A stretch of 64,000 bases of DNA, from the NCBI RefSeq assembly GCF_006345805.1, contig NC_043001.1, positions 107,260,001-107,324,000 on the forward strand. The letters run 5' to 3'. How positions within the stretch are numbered: the stretch's first letter is position 1; the number at the start of each line of letters is the position of its first letter. Below the pieces are notes generated by a model. The model did not search any database and was not told the DNA's origin. It saw only the letters and a program-made list of their open reading frames with translations. Position numbers and translations under genes: made by a program. Shown here in pieces: positions 24,063-35,517 of this stretch. This stretch comes from Octopus sinensis. Taxonomy: Eukaryota.

Positions 24063-24833
24063 CACATCTTTGCGTCTGTATTTGTTGACCACCACCGCTT
24101 AACAAGCCTTTTCCTGTAACTTAGCAGTTCAGTGAAAGAAATCAATATAATAATTACAAGACTTTTTAAAAAATGATAAGTACTGGGCTCGATTCATTCG
24201 ACTAAAACATCTTCAAACGGTGCTCCAGCATGGTCTCAGTCTAATCACTAATAAAAGATAAATAAATGAAAATACAATAAAACTAGAATTTTTTCTTGTG
24301 TTGCTATATTTCCCTTCATTTATGCTATTCATTCGATTGAGCGTCACCTTAGCATCATATCTTATTTATTCCATTGTGTAATTTGAATATCTGAAAATCA
24401 ATTAAAGAGCAGTCAACGGGGATTGAAAATTATCATTTTTCTTTTGTTTCAGCAATAATCGTTGATGCTTGGTTTGTAATAACAAATAAAAGAAACAGAA
24501 GGCTAATTAATGCTATTGAGAAGACTGTTCAATTATCTGTACCCATCGATATAAAAATTTTATATGTTGCAATCAAAACAAATGCAGCATAATATTGCCT
24601 TTATTTTACTGCTTACTCAAATACACGCATAGACATGCAGACATTTATTTAATCGAAGCTGAAGCTTTGCCCCATTCCTTGGACACTATACAGAGAAGCG
24701 TATCCAAGGAATGCCGACAAGTTTAAATTCTTCACGCGTGTAGAAGTCGACTCTCTTTAAAAGTCTGCTCTCTTTAAAATCATTAATCAGTTCGTTGTCG
24801 GCAAAATAGCTTGGCAAAAATTAACAACAATAA

Positions 24834-25206
24834 TTATCTTGTTGTTGTTGTTTGTTTTTTTTTGTTTGTTTGTTGAGCGAAGCGGTCTTCGTCCCAGAGC
24901 TCGCAAGATCGCGCCTCAGGATTGTCTGTAGTGGGAGAGTCCGAAACGTGGTACTTTGCTATTCGTAAGACTCGCAGAAGAGAAAGCTGGTCAGCCCTCG
25001 ATACCGAGAGCATCGACGGATAGATGAATGCGCATCCAGGCTCAGCGGTTGCGTAGGAAGTCGGGGACAAGAAACAGGAAGAAAGAGTAAGTTGGAGCGA
25101 AAAAGTACAAGGGTCGCCACCATTCCCTGCCGGAGCCTCGTGGAGCTTTTGGTGTTTTCGCTCAATAAACACACAACGCCCGATCACTGGGCCATTGCGC
25201 CTCCAC
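24834..25206 (-). mobile_element. SINE family 3 head with an alternative GC-rich tail ending (ACAA)n
   Basis: Shares head and body up to TTCTTCCTGTTTCT with 10470/13951, then diverges into CTTGTCCCCGACTTCCTACGCAACCGCTGAGCC...GACCGCTTCGCTCAACAAACAAAC. Confidence 0.7.
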
Positions 25207-25566
25207 TGTTGTTGTTGTTGCCTAACTGCCGGTTAGCGTTGATCGACCAATAACAGTCAAATTGTCAAACACATTCAGACCATATCTATCTCTTCATCTT
25301 GTCCTTCCACTATTTTAAGACGGTAGATTATGTTTTGAGTGAGGGGAATTAGGTTATTACAAATCAAGCAACCGCGTAAAAGCCCTCCTTCAGTGAGTAA
25401 TTTACCATTCTTTTTATGCAAGTGGGATTCTATTCTGTTTGTATTGAAAGAACTTCTTTAAATCTCATTTTATTTTCCGATGAATCTTAGATCTCATAAG
25501 ACTTTTGATAAAAATTCAACTAAGGTAGGCTATTGCTGTAAACATTTTCCAGGAGCCCCAATAACC

Positions 25567-25605
<39 letters not shown>

Positions 25606-25608
<3 letters not shown>

Positions 25609-26319
25609 TGCTATCTGATATGCTAAATAGAACTGGATGCGGATATAAATGTTACGGCAAAACGATCAGCCACCTTTTATATATGGATGACCTAAAACTA
25701 TACGCTGCAAATGACAAACAGCTGGAAACACTATTAAAGACAGTTCATGGATTTACCAAAGAAATAGATATGAAATTTGGATTAGAAAAATGCGCCAAAG
25801 TAACCCTGAAAAGAGGAAAACTAGTTAAGAGTAACAACATCACACTAGATAAAACCAATGAAATAAAAGAATTAGACCAAAGCCAAACTTACAAATACTT
25901 AGGAATCCATGAACTAGATAAGACACAACACACACAAATGAAAGAGAAAATAAAAAAAGAATATTATAGACGAGTTAGATCAATACTAAACACAGAGCTC
26001 AATGCTAAAAACAAGATAATAGGTATCAACACTTTAGCTGTCCCATTTATAAGTTACAGCTACAATATCCTTAACTGGACACGAAAGGAACTGACCAAAA
26101 TAGATAGGAAAACAAGAAAAATAATGACAGGATCTAGGATGCATCACCCAAAATCTGACATAGAAAGACTATATATACAACGTATAGAAGGTGGTAGAGG
26201 CCTTATACAGCTGGAAAACTACTATAAAATAACCACCATAGGACTGCAAAAATATCTACTTCAGAAGGAAGGAAAACTGATCCAGATAGCGCAATACACG
26301 AGCAAAACAAAAAACTGTT
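25606..26319 (+). mobile_element. R4/Dong LINE fragment including RT catalytic motif (YMDD)
   Basis: ISHLLYMDDLKLYA..; about 98% identical by eye to 3280-3890 over the overlap; begins directly after (AAT)n at 25561-25605. Confidence 0.9.
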
Positions 26320-26474
26320 TTGACTGCTGTGTCGCCATTTTTCGGTGTATTTCAACCAGAAATTGTTCAATAAAGAGAATAACAAGCTACATAATGCAAA
26401 ATTTTTACTTTTCCAAAATTCCAATTCTAAAGGGTCGAAACAAACCCGAGCAACGCCGGGCGATACTACTAATT
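26316..26474 (+). mobile_element. 3' half of a non-autonomous Helitron fused to the Dong fragment
   Basis: Matches 38778-38938 (TGTTTTGACTGCTGTGTCGC...CCCGAGCAACGCCGGGCGATACT). Confidence 0.8.
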
Positions 26475-26731
26475 TAGTAGCATAATTTTGCAAATAACTC
26501 TTATAACATTCTCCACTAAGGTTACGTTATTCCATTGCATTAAATCAGCGTTTGCTACGGCATTCAAGCCTTGCTTTCTCTATTTGAATTTTCATGCGTT
26601 CTTTTCTTTTCATAGTTGTCCGTAGAATAACGATTTGTAAAGATTCGGCTTCCAATAAAATATATCACTTCTTTCCTCCTCTTTTGCTTTTCTTGTTCAT
26701 GCATGCTTGTTTACATCTATCTATCTATCTA

Positions 26732-26775
<44 letters not shown>

Positions 26776-26959
26776 CCCCTTTACACTTTACATCATGACA
26801 TTTCTGTGATACACGATTCCTATTGATCGTTTTTTTCCTCCCTTTTACGATCCCTTTTGATCGAAAACCTACCCCACTTTCTTTTCTCCCAAAAAAGAAA
26901 AGCTCTACTTTGTAATCTGTCCCGTCTGTGTGCAGCCTTGTGTGGCTAATATAGAAACA

Positions 26960-26960
<1 letters not shown>
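26776..26960 (+). mobile_element. Probable 3' end of an unidentified LINE embedded in (ATCT)n
   Basis: Non-repetitive 185 bp ending GGCTAATATAGAAACAT, with (ATCT)n on both sides (26715-26775 and 26961-27045). Confidence 0.45.
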
Positions 26961-27045
<85 letters not shown>

Positions 27046-27838
27046 CATACATACATACATACATACATACATACATACATACATACACACACACACACTT
27101 ATACATACATATAATTTGATGATATATCCTTGACACATTTGCAAATGGTTTTGGAGAAGACGTCACGATCCTATTTGAATAAACTAATAAATGTCATTGT
27201 TGTTTAAAAGCAATTCTTTGATCTGAAAAGATCTTAGTCATGATCACACACACTTGAATTAAATGAAAACTATGGGATCGGTTCAGTCTATCTGCAGCAC
27301 AATTGCCTGAAAATCTTTTATATCTCCCCCAAGGAACTGAAAGACAGGGACAATCTCGACAAGATTTGAATCAATATTGCTTTCATATTTTGTTACAAGG
27401 TCAGCAGTTTCGGAGAAGGTTGTAAGTCGATTACAACGCCCCCAGTGCTCAACTAGTACCTATGTTATCAACCCCTAAATGCTTAAGGCAAAGTCATTCT
27501 CGTTGGCATTTGAACTCAGAATGTTAAGTCGGAAGAAATGCGGCTCAGCATTTTTTCCGGCGCGCTAACGATTCGGCCAGCTCACCATCTCAGACTGAAA
27601 AGTAATATTGATTTCAAATTTTGGCACGAGGCCAGCAATTTCGGTGAAGTGGGCAAGTCGTTTACATCGAGCCCAGCGTTCGACCGGTTCTTATTTTATC
27701 TCCCTGTAAGAATAAAAGGCAATGTCGACCTCAATCCTCGGAATCTGAGATCAGAAGTAGAGGTGGACGTAATGCCATTTAGCAAGTTGCCTGGCATGCT
27801 GACCATTCTGTCAATTCCCCGTCTTATGGATTTGAAGT

Positions 27839-28190
27839 AATATTGATTTCAAATTTTTTGGAGGAGGTGCAAGTATATTACATTGACCCCAGTTCTCAAC
27901 TAGTACAGAGTTCTTCCGAGGAACTGGAACTCAGAAAATAAAGATAGACGAAATACTTATTTCTTTACTACCCACAAGGGGCTAAACACAGAGGGGACAT
28001 ACAAGGACAGACAAATGGATTAAGTCGAGTACATCGACCCCAGTGCATAACTGGTACTTATTTAATCGACCCCGAAAGGATGAAAGGCAAAGTCGATCTC
28101 GGTGGAATTTGAACTCAGAACGTAATGGCAGACGAAATACGGCTACACATTTCGCCCGGCGTGCTAACGGTTCTGCCAGCTCGCTGCCTT
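27839..28190 (-). mobile_element. SINE family 2 dimer (tail B then tail A)
   Basis: Head AAGGCAGCGAGCTGGCAG at 28190; junction AAAGAAATA|AGTATTTCGTC at about 27950-27963. Confidence 0.8.
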
Positions 28191-29684
28191 ACATAAAGTT
28201 AGAAGAAATACAGCTAAGCATTTTGCCCGGCATGCTTAACGATTCTGCTAATTCGCCGCCTTATAAATTTCAAGTAATACTGGAGGAAAATTAAACACCT
28301 CAAAATATGTTGTCCAGTGTGTTATATTTGAAGATTTCTGAAGTTAGCGCAAGATCAACCACAAGGTAGCAATGATATAGACTTTTCGCTAAAATATCAG
28401 TAATTGATTGGTACTAATTTTATCGGCCCAGAAAGATACAAGATTAAACTGATCTTAGATTTCAACTCAAAAACATAATCTTATTCGGTATTTAATCTGA
28501 TGCCCTGTTCAATAATGTTACCTAGTCTTCGAGTGCGTTTCGCCGAGTGTGCTACGTTGCAAGCGCTCGTGCCAAGACTCCAGTTCTTAAGTACAACTTA
28601 CTCCCTTCTTTTATCCAAACCGGGAATCCCTAAAACAACCCTTAAGAAATTCTTTTTCTCTTCTCACGAAGCCGTAAACAATACCGTCAGAAATTTGCGT
28701 TGCCATTTATCTGATTATCACATCACTGTCTTTGTTTGGAGATCAATAAAGCTACAAGTACAGAAACATATTTTAAAATACAAGTTTACACAGGTTTATT
28801 CCTGTCAGTAGACATTCGTCATGTCTTCGTTCCAAAACACTTACCATGAAATACAAACAAACAACACGGTTTTGAAATGTTAATATCCCCTTCTCGAATT
28901 TTCTTAATACTGATTTCTAACCAGTACTTGGCAATATATTTTTAGTAGAGTGCAACAGCAAATTTAATCAACTTCTGGTGCGATTAGTACTTGCTTTCCC
29001 GTCTTCGTTTTCTTTCCTCTTCTTCTTGTTTTTTTATCGATTCTGAAAGATGAAAGACAAATTCATCGTTGACGAGGCTTATCACGAATTAACTCTAAAG
29101 GGACATCAACTAACTGTAAGACATTTCTCAAAACACTTACTTCAGCAATTTGCCGTTTCTGTATTTACACTACACTCAACAATATTACCAGACATGTGAG
29201 TGCTGTGGCAGGCTGACTCGACTATGCGTAGCACTCTCAACTGATGCGATGAGTGTTCAATTCCAGCCCTCGGCGTCGTTCCTGGTCAACATTAATCCAA
29301 TCCCTACCTTTAGTCATTGTCAAGATAAACTTTAATAGGAACAGTGCAGCCGGCTGTATTGTTCCTATGCGCGTTCACTTAGCTACACGGCGAAAAAAGA
29401 TTGCTTCGAAAGTATGGGGTTACAGCTTCAATTCTGCTATATCCTTTTTGTCTTCTCCCATATCCCAGAGGCACCAAAAGGTTGGTGAGTAAACATTAGG
29501 GAACGGAATCTGTGCGGAAATCCGTCGGAGCGACAATTCTTCTTTTTTGGTATTAGATTTTACCCCTAAAACCTTCCCTTCTCGTACATGTATCAGAAGC
29601 ACTGAAAAACAAAATCATGGGACTGGGTCTTTCTTCTTTGAGTTTGAAGAAAAAATAGTTACAGCTAATGGGTACATACACACA

Positions 29685-29760
<76 letters not shown>

Positions 29761-29762
29761 CG

Positions 29763-29942
29763 CGAGGGCGTGCTAAAAAGTACTTGGCTTTAAGGGTATT
29801 GCGAAAGGAGAGGTTGAAGGCCCAACCGCTTCAATAAGTGCGTGAATCTGAGAGGGGAATATGTTATTGCATAAAATCGTAATTAGCTGGATCCTCCAGA
29901 ATTTACTTTTATCCAAAGTCAGCGATTTTGCAGCACACCCTC

Positions 29943-29943
<1 letters not shown>
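29763..29943 (+). mobile_element. Mariner deletion derivative/MITE
   Basis: TIRs CGAGGGCGTGCTAAAAAGT / ATTTTGCAGCACACCCTCG then TA. The interior encodes PNRFNKCVNLRGEYV, the mariner C-terminal W.KC...GEY motif. Confidence 0.8.
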
Positions 29944-29990
<47 letters not shown>

Positions 29991-30394
29991 AATAGCTATT
30001 CTTAGCGTTACTTGTCCTGATTTCCATTTGTTCCTCTCGTTGTTCGCGTATTGAACTCATTTGTTTTCGCTTTTCATGTTGTTACCGTTTACAGTTGGTG
30101 ACGTCTTGTACCTATATATGCATATGTATATACACTTACTCTTTACTTGTTTCAGTCATTTGACTGTGGCCATGCTGGGGCACCGCCTTTAGTCGAGCAA
30201 ATCGACCTCAGAACTTATTCTTTGGAAGCCTAGTACTTATTCTATCGGTCTTTTTTGCCGATCCGCTAAGTTTCGGGGACATAAACACACCACCATCGGT
30301 TGTCAAGCGATGTTGGGGGCACAAACTCAGACACACAAACATATACATATATATGGGATGGAATTCAAGGAATGAAGATAGAGGTGACAGTAAG

Positions 30395-30760
30395 AGGGGA
30401 TGTACTGTGTCGGAGGATATTAACAAAGGTAATGTTAAGGTGAAGACCCCCTTTGGTCATGAATGACCATGAGATTGCACCAAATAAGTAACCCCCCGAA
30501 ACACAAGTCCGAGCAAGGTTGTTTATGGAAGACCAGTAACCGCCCACGCATGCCAGCCTCCCCTCTTCATGTCACTGGTGTTATCCAAGGGAAAGGCAAA
30601 GGGGCCGATACAGTTTGGCACCTGTGACGTCGCAACTCATTTCTACAGCTGAGTGAACTGAAGCAACGTGAAATAAAATGTCTCGCTCAAGAACACAACA
30701 TGTAGCCCACTCCGGGATTCGAACTCACGCTGTGATTACTAAGCCATGCACCTTTACAGA
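30395..30760 (-). mobile_element. SINE family 4 head with a different tail (…ATGGTCATTCATGACCAAAGGGGGTC)
   Basis: B-box GTTCGAATCCCGG and CORE-like GTTCTTGAGCGAGACATTTTATTTCACGTTGC; the tail is unrelated to that of 15783. Confidence 0.6.
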
Positions 30761-31269
30761 GGTAATGTTAAGAAGACCTATATTTAGTAGAATGCTTATG
30801 TTACTCGTGTGATCAAGTTGTAACTTAATATTACGATTATCGTAATTACGGAGTCACACAGGTTTCGCAAAACGGGAAAACGATGCGTAGTACCTGTATT
30901 TATACGAAAGGATTACATCTGTGTTTATCCGGAAGTAATGAAAAGTTGTTGTTTCGAAGGATGGTGAGCGATTCCCTTAAACCCAGATTACAATCGACAA
31001 GGTTATTGTACAAACGCTAGGGTTATTGTTGATAATGAACAGGAGCGAGTAAGGAATATTTAAGGATTTGAGGTTGTGTATATAACTTGCTAAAGAGGTA
31101 GTTGATTTAAAAGTTAGAATGGATTGGAGAAAGAGTTCATATGTGCACGGTAACATTTCTTCATATCAACTGTGCCATCAATATAGACCCCTGAATGCCA
31201 CAAAGTGCTTTCTATATTCAGATTCTCCCGATTTCGTTTATTGACTCTCTTTCTGTCCCTCTCCCTGAA

Positions 31270-31275
31270 TATTTA

Positions 31276-31319
<44 letters not shown>

Positions 31320-31434
31320 ATATAATAGACAGTGACTTCGAATTTTCGGACAGCTTTGCCATCATCGGACTATATATGACAAAACTAGCCGAAACTTCGA
31401 AGTCACTGTCAATAAAATTATTGTTAAGGAATAT

Positions 31435-31481
<47 letters not shown>

Positions 31482-31536
31482 TATATATAATATATATATA
31501 TATTATATATATATATAATATATATATATATAAAAG

Positions 31537-31567
<31 letters not shown>

Positions 31568-31711
31568 TATATATAAAAGTATGTGTGTGTATATATATAT
31601 ATGCCTGTATCAATACATGTATATATCATATTTATAGGCGCATATTTATTATATACGCACGCATACACATGCATATATATATGTAATTAGATATATATAT
31701 ACATGTATATA

Positions 31712-31751
<40 letters not shown>

Positions 31752-31843
31752 CATATGTGTACATATATATGTATATATATACATATATATATATGTAATA
31801 GATACATACACATAGACGCATACATACGTACATAAATACATAC

Positions 31844-31888
<45 letters not shown>

Positions 31889-31931
31889 TACATATATATA
31901 TACATAAATATATATACATATATATATTATA

Positions 31932-31962
<31 letters not shown>

Positions 31963-32037
31963 GTATATATAATATATATATGTATATATATACACACACA
32001 CACACACCACACACACACACACCACACACACACACAC

Positions 32038-32109
<72 letters not shown>

Positions 32110-32180
32110 TACATATATACTTATGAATACGCATACATACATGATTAGAATATGTGCATATATATGTATATATATTAATA
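31270..32180. repeat. Large compound (TA)n/(CA)n microsatellite field
   Basis: Directly visible. Confidence 0.9.
31328..31410. repeat. Small palindrome built from two facing hammerhead-like halves
   Basis: Perfect 15-bp arms GACAGTGACTTCGAA / TTCGAAGTCACTGTC, plus TTTCGG/CCGAAA inside. Confidence 0.7.
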
Positions 32181-33020
32181 TGTACATATAGGCAAAAAAT
32201 CAATTTATTATTGTGCAGGATAGAACAGGTTGTCTACGTTGTCCATCAAAATCAATGTTCTGCCGTCTTCTTTTTAACAAGGTGGGTGTGTTTGTATCTG
32301 ATGGCTACAGCAAGCCTATTTGAATGTACTTAATGGCTGAAGTAAACATGTTTTAATACGCAGAAAAATGAAATCGGTGAGGTGAAATATCGATAGATTG
32401 TCTTATGTTTTTCCAACATAACAGAAACCGTAAGTCAAAATTGAGGTGGGGTGAGGAAATAGATATTGGGTTGGTGTATAATTATTGCGACTTTTTTTCA
32501 ACAAATTTTATTCAACAAAAGCAATAACAATATTTAACAAAAATATCTTTAAATGACGGTCTGACCGTCTGCTAATTAAATGGGAAGTAATAATTGTGGT
32601 AGATGGTGAATGTGCTCCAGAATAATAATTTAAAGATGTTTTTGTTTTTTCATCGCATGGCTGTGGAAGAACCTTCTGGAGTTATTAATTTATTTGACCA
32701 GCATCCCGTGTTTTTGAACTGTCTGCTATGTCACTTGTGATGTGCTGGTGGCCGCTAATATCTGAAGAACCAAAACAATTCACGATGTCACATCCTCCCA
32801 ACACTGGACGATCTCGTTGAGTTGCCTGTTTATCACATCACACCTATATCATACAGTTCTATATTTAGAACCCACGGGCATATGGCGTAGTGGTTAAGAG
32901 CGCGGGCTACCAACCCCAAGATTCCGAATTCGATTCCAGACAGTGACCTGAATGATAATAATAATAATAATAATAATAATAATAGCAATAATAATAATAA
33001 TAGCAATAATAATAATAATA

Positions 33021-33362
33021 TGGCATCTCAAAGGCGACTACAGTACCAGTGATTGTAGTATCTCTAGGAATGATAAAAAGAGGTACTGAAACCTATTTGA
33101 AAATGATACCACGCTTACCATCCCTACAGAAAGTGCAAAAAATCGGTTAACTGGAACGACTCATGTACTGAGAAGAGCATTATTGCGGTGAAAACAGCAT
33201 CCATTCATGAATTTATATATTTATTATTTTTTTAAAATACATATTTTATCTGTGAATTTGCGTGTGTAATCTGGGAATGCATACAATGAGCTTTTCTGCC
33301 CTAGGTGTACGGAAAACTCTCGGCGAGAAATGGAAGAAAATTTGAAGAAAGAAGGTAAAAAT
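33021..33362 (+). mobile_element. 3' end of a second R4/Dong family inserted in (TAA)n
   Basis: WHLK/ATTVPVIVVSLGMIKRGTETYLKMIPRLPSLQKVQK/TGTTHVLRRAL* is the RLE C-terminus (compare TIPIIVGALG..LGTAHILHRTL at 4640-4800). AAT repeats lie on both sides. Confidence 0.7.
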
Positions 33363-33426
33363 ATGATAATAATAACAACATCGAAAATACCTTAGGAATG
33401 AGAACCCAGGTTCGAAATTTCCTGAA

Positions 33427-33472
33427 GACACCTGATGAAGGCTGGAGGGTGTATCAGCCGAAACGTTGTGTT
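33427..33472 (+). ncRNA. Minimal type I hammerhead ribozyme motif
   Basis: GACAC-CTGATGA-A-GGCTG(GAGGGTGTAT)CAGCC-GAAAC-GTT-GTGTT: canonical core, 5-bp stem I and stem II, loopless palindromic stem III (AACGTT). Confidence 0.7.
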
Positions 33473-34268
33473 AACAACAAACAAGATGCGGAAAAATATC
33501 CGTCAAATGTAAATAATGTATATTTGGTCTATTATTCCTTATGCAAAGCAAATGAAAACTAATTTGATCAAGTTAATTTGCTAGTTGATCAAATGAAAAC
33601 TAATTAGCTACTGAAACATGAAATCAATGATTGCAGAATACAATTATGTTTATTATAACAAACGAAATATTTCGCATAATAGAAGTAAAATTAGTTAAAA
33701 CTTGTTTGGTATGTGTAACAGCGCATTTTGCTTTTGTTCTTGCCCCTCCCTAACTTTGGAGGGGTAAATAAAACGATAGAAGAGACAAGCCTATTGCTGA
33801 CTGCATCCTTTTTCATACCTGAATGTTTTTAATAGCACACCAAGTTAACGTTGCTGCGTTAACCGATGGCCTGTTACTCTGTCATACTTAGGGTTCCTTT
33901 TTGACAGCTGGATGTAGCGGAGTAACGTGAAGTGAAGGCGGCGATTTGGCAGAAACGTTAGCAGGCCGGGCGAAATGCTTAGCGGTATTTCGTCTGCCGC
34001 TACGTTCTGAGTTCGAATTCCGCCGAGGTCGACCATTGAATTACAAATAATGCTTATCTTTTATGCCCGGGTGACCCTACAGCTTCAAAGAGTACAACTG
34101 TATTCGTCTTTACTTAAATATGTATATGTATGCCTTTATATATGTAACCATCTGGGGACTATGTGTGACCCAGTGATAATGAAAAGACTGGAAGGAGGTC
34201 TGCAACCAAATAACTTTACTCAACATTTTGCAACTGAATCAGAGGAGGCAAAGTGTATATATGTGAGA

Positions 34269-34363
34269 TAATAGTTTCACTTTAATAGTTCCACTTTAAT
34301 AGTTTCACTTTAATAGTTTCACTTTAATAGTTTCACTTTAATAGTTTCACTTTAATAGTTTCA
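34269..34363. repeat. 14-bp tandem repeat (TAATAGTTTCACTT) x6.8
   Basis: Directly visible; followed by an inverted partial unit TATTAAAGTGAAA. Confidence 0.95.
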
Positions 34364-34439
34364 TTATTAAAGTGAAAATATCTGACATTACAATAGAGAG
34401 ATGTTATCGTTTCACTTTTGACACGTAATACTGAAATAG

Positions 34440-34632
34440 TGGAGGAGATATGATATTGTTCTGGGCTTGCACTAGGCAAGAAGTTAAAATGTTTTTGGGC
34501 TTATGGCACTACATGGACCCTAAGTAAGGCATCTGTAAAATTTCAATGAAATTGGTTGTGTAGTTCTCAAGTTTTAGGGATTCACACAGACAGACAGACA
34601 GACACACATTCTCATCTTTATATATATATAGA
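34440..34632 (-). mobile_element. 5' portion of a non-autonomous Helitron
   Basis: Minus strand A|TCTATATATATATAAAGATGAGAATGTGTGTCTGTCTGTCTG...AACCAATTTCATTGAAATTT is a typical Helitron 5' end; the 3' end was not located. Confidence 0.5.
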
Positions 34633-35139
34633 TTATTGTTTTACTCTAAACCAACAATGATTGAGCTGACTTATAATCAAAGGCATTCCAACCATGATCA
34701 CCTTTTATTCAGATAGTATAAAAAGAGACTACGCGATTCAGCTGAGTTTTTTTTAATATGTAGTTTAGGAGTCATTTGATTACTATATCTAACAGGTCAA
34801 GCGACCATGTTGAAACTCTTTAAGCGGTTCATTTGCTATTGATTCGATCACTGTGGACGGCATAATCTAGTAAATTAAACGCTGCTGATTTTCCCCCACC
34901 CACGAAAAAAAAAAGATATTTCCTCAACTCTCTTTCTGTAGATCATCTTATTTTACTAAAATCAGTGAAGCCGATACTGAAGTGCTGTTGTTCCCTTGAG
35001 ACGAGTACTGTTCATCCTTCCTGCTACAGACAGTTCATAGCATTTTTCTAACTTTTCATTACCTTCGTCCATCCCTCTACTTTCCAACAAGAAAACAACA
35101 TCGATTAATCAACACCCATTTTTATCCGTTTATTGACTA

Positions 35140-35517
35140 CTAGCAGCATAGCCCGGCGTTTCCCGGGTATGTAAGAGCCCCTAGTAGGCAACAACTAATC
35201 CCAATCTAGTTCTTTCCCTCTAGGGAACGAAGGCGCATGTGTAGGTTGCAATGTCTTCTCTTCACTCGAATACTTCTGTGTATACGATGTTCCTAGCTGT
35301 CTCCCGATTGCAAGTTGCAAAAGCTACAACAGAAAATGTGTTGCATATAAAAAGCTTAGATTCTCGACTCCATGTCGAATTTATCGATTTTTTTCAGAAC
35401 TGGGGGAACTTTTCAAAATTTTCGCTGCGTTAGTTTTGAATTATGACATTGGGCTATGTGTGTGTCAAGACACACAGACACACAGACAGACAAACTGCCG
35501 TTTATATATAGAGAAGA
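35140..35517 (-). mobile_element. Complete short non-autonomous Helitron
   Basis: Minus strand A|TC start (TCTTCTCTATATATAAAC, GTCT repeats), 3' hairpin CCCGGGAAACGCCGGG, and CTAG|T at 35140-35143; no TSD. Confidence 0.8.

Larger units (their letters stand above)
32876..33520 (+). mobile_element. tRNA-headed SINE (family 5) with internal (TAA)n and hammerhead-containing 3' region, interrupted by a Dong fragment
   Basis: A-box TGGCGTAGTGG (32882) and B-box-like GAATTCGATTCC; (TAA)n at 32951-33020; resumes at 33363 with CATCGAAAATACCTTAGG...; HHR motif at 33427-33472. Confidence 0.65.

Noticed and set aside
32463-32620. Mariner-like TIR (TTGGGGTTGGTGTATAATTATTGCG) and WEVI..DGE peptide
   Set aside because: Only one end is seen and it is too fragmentary to delimit.
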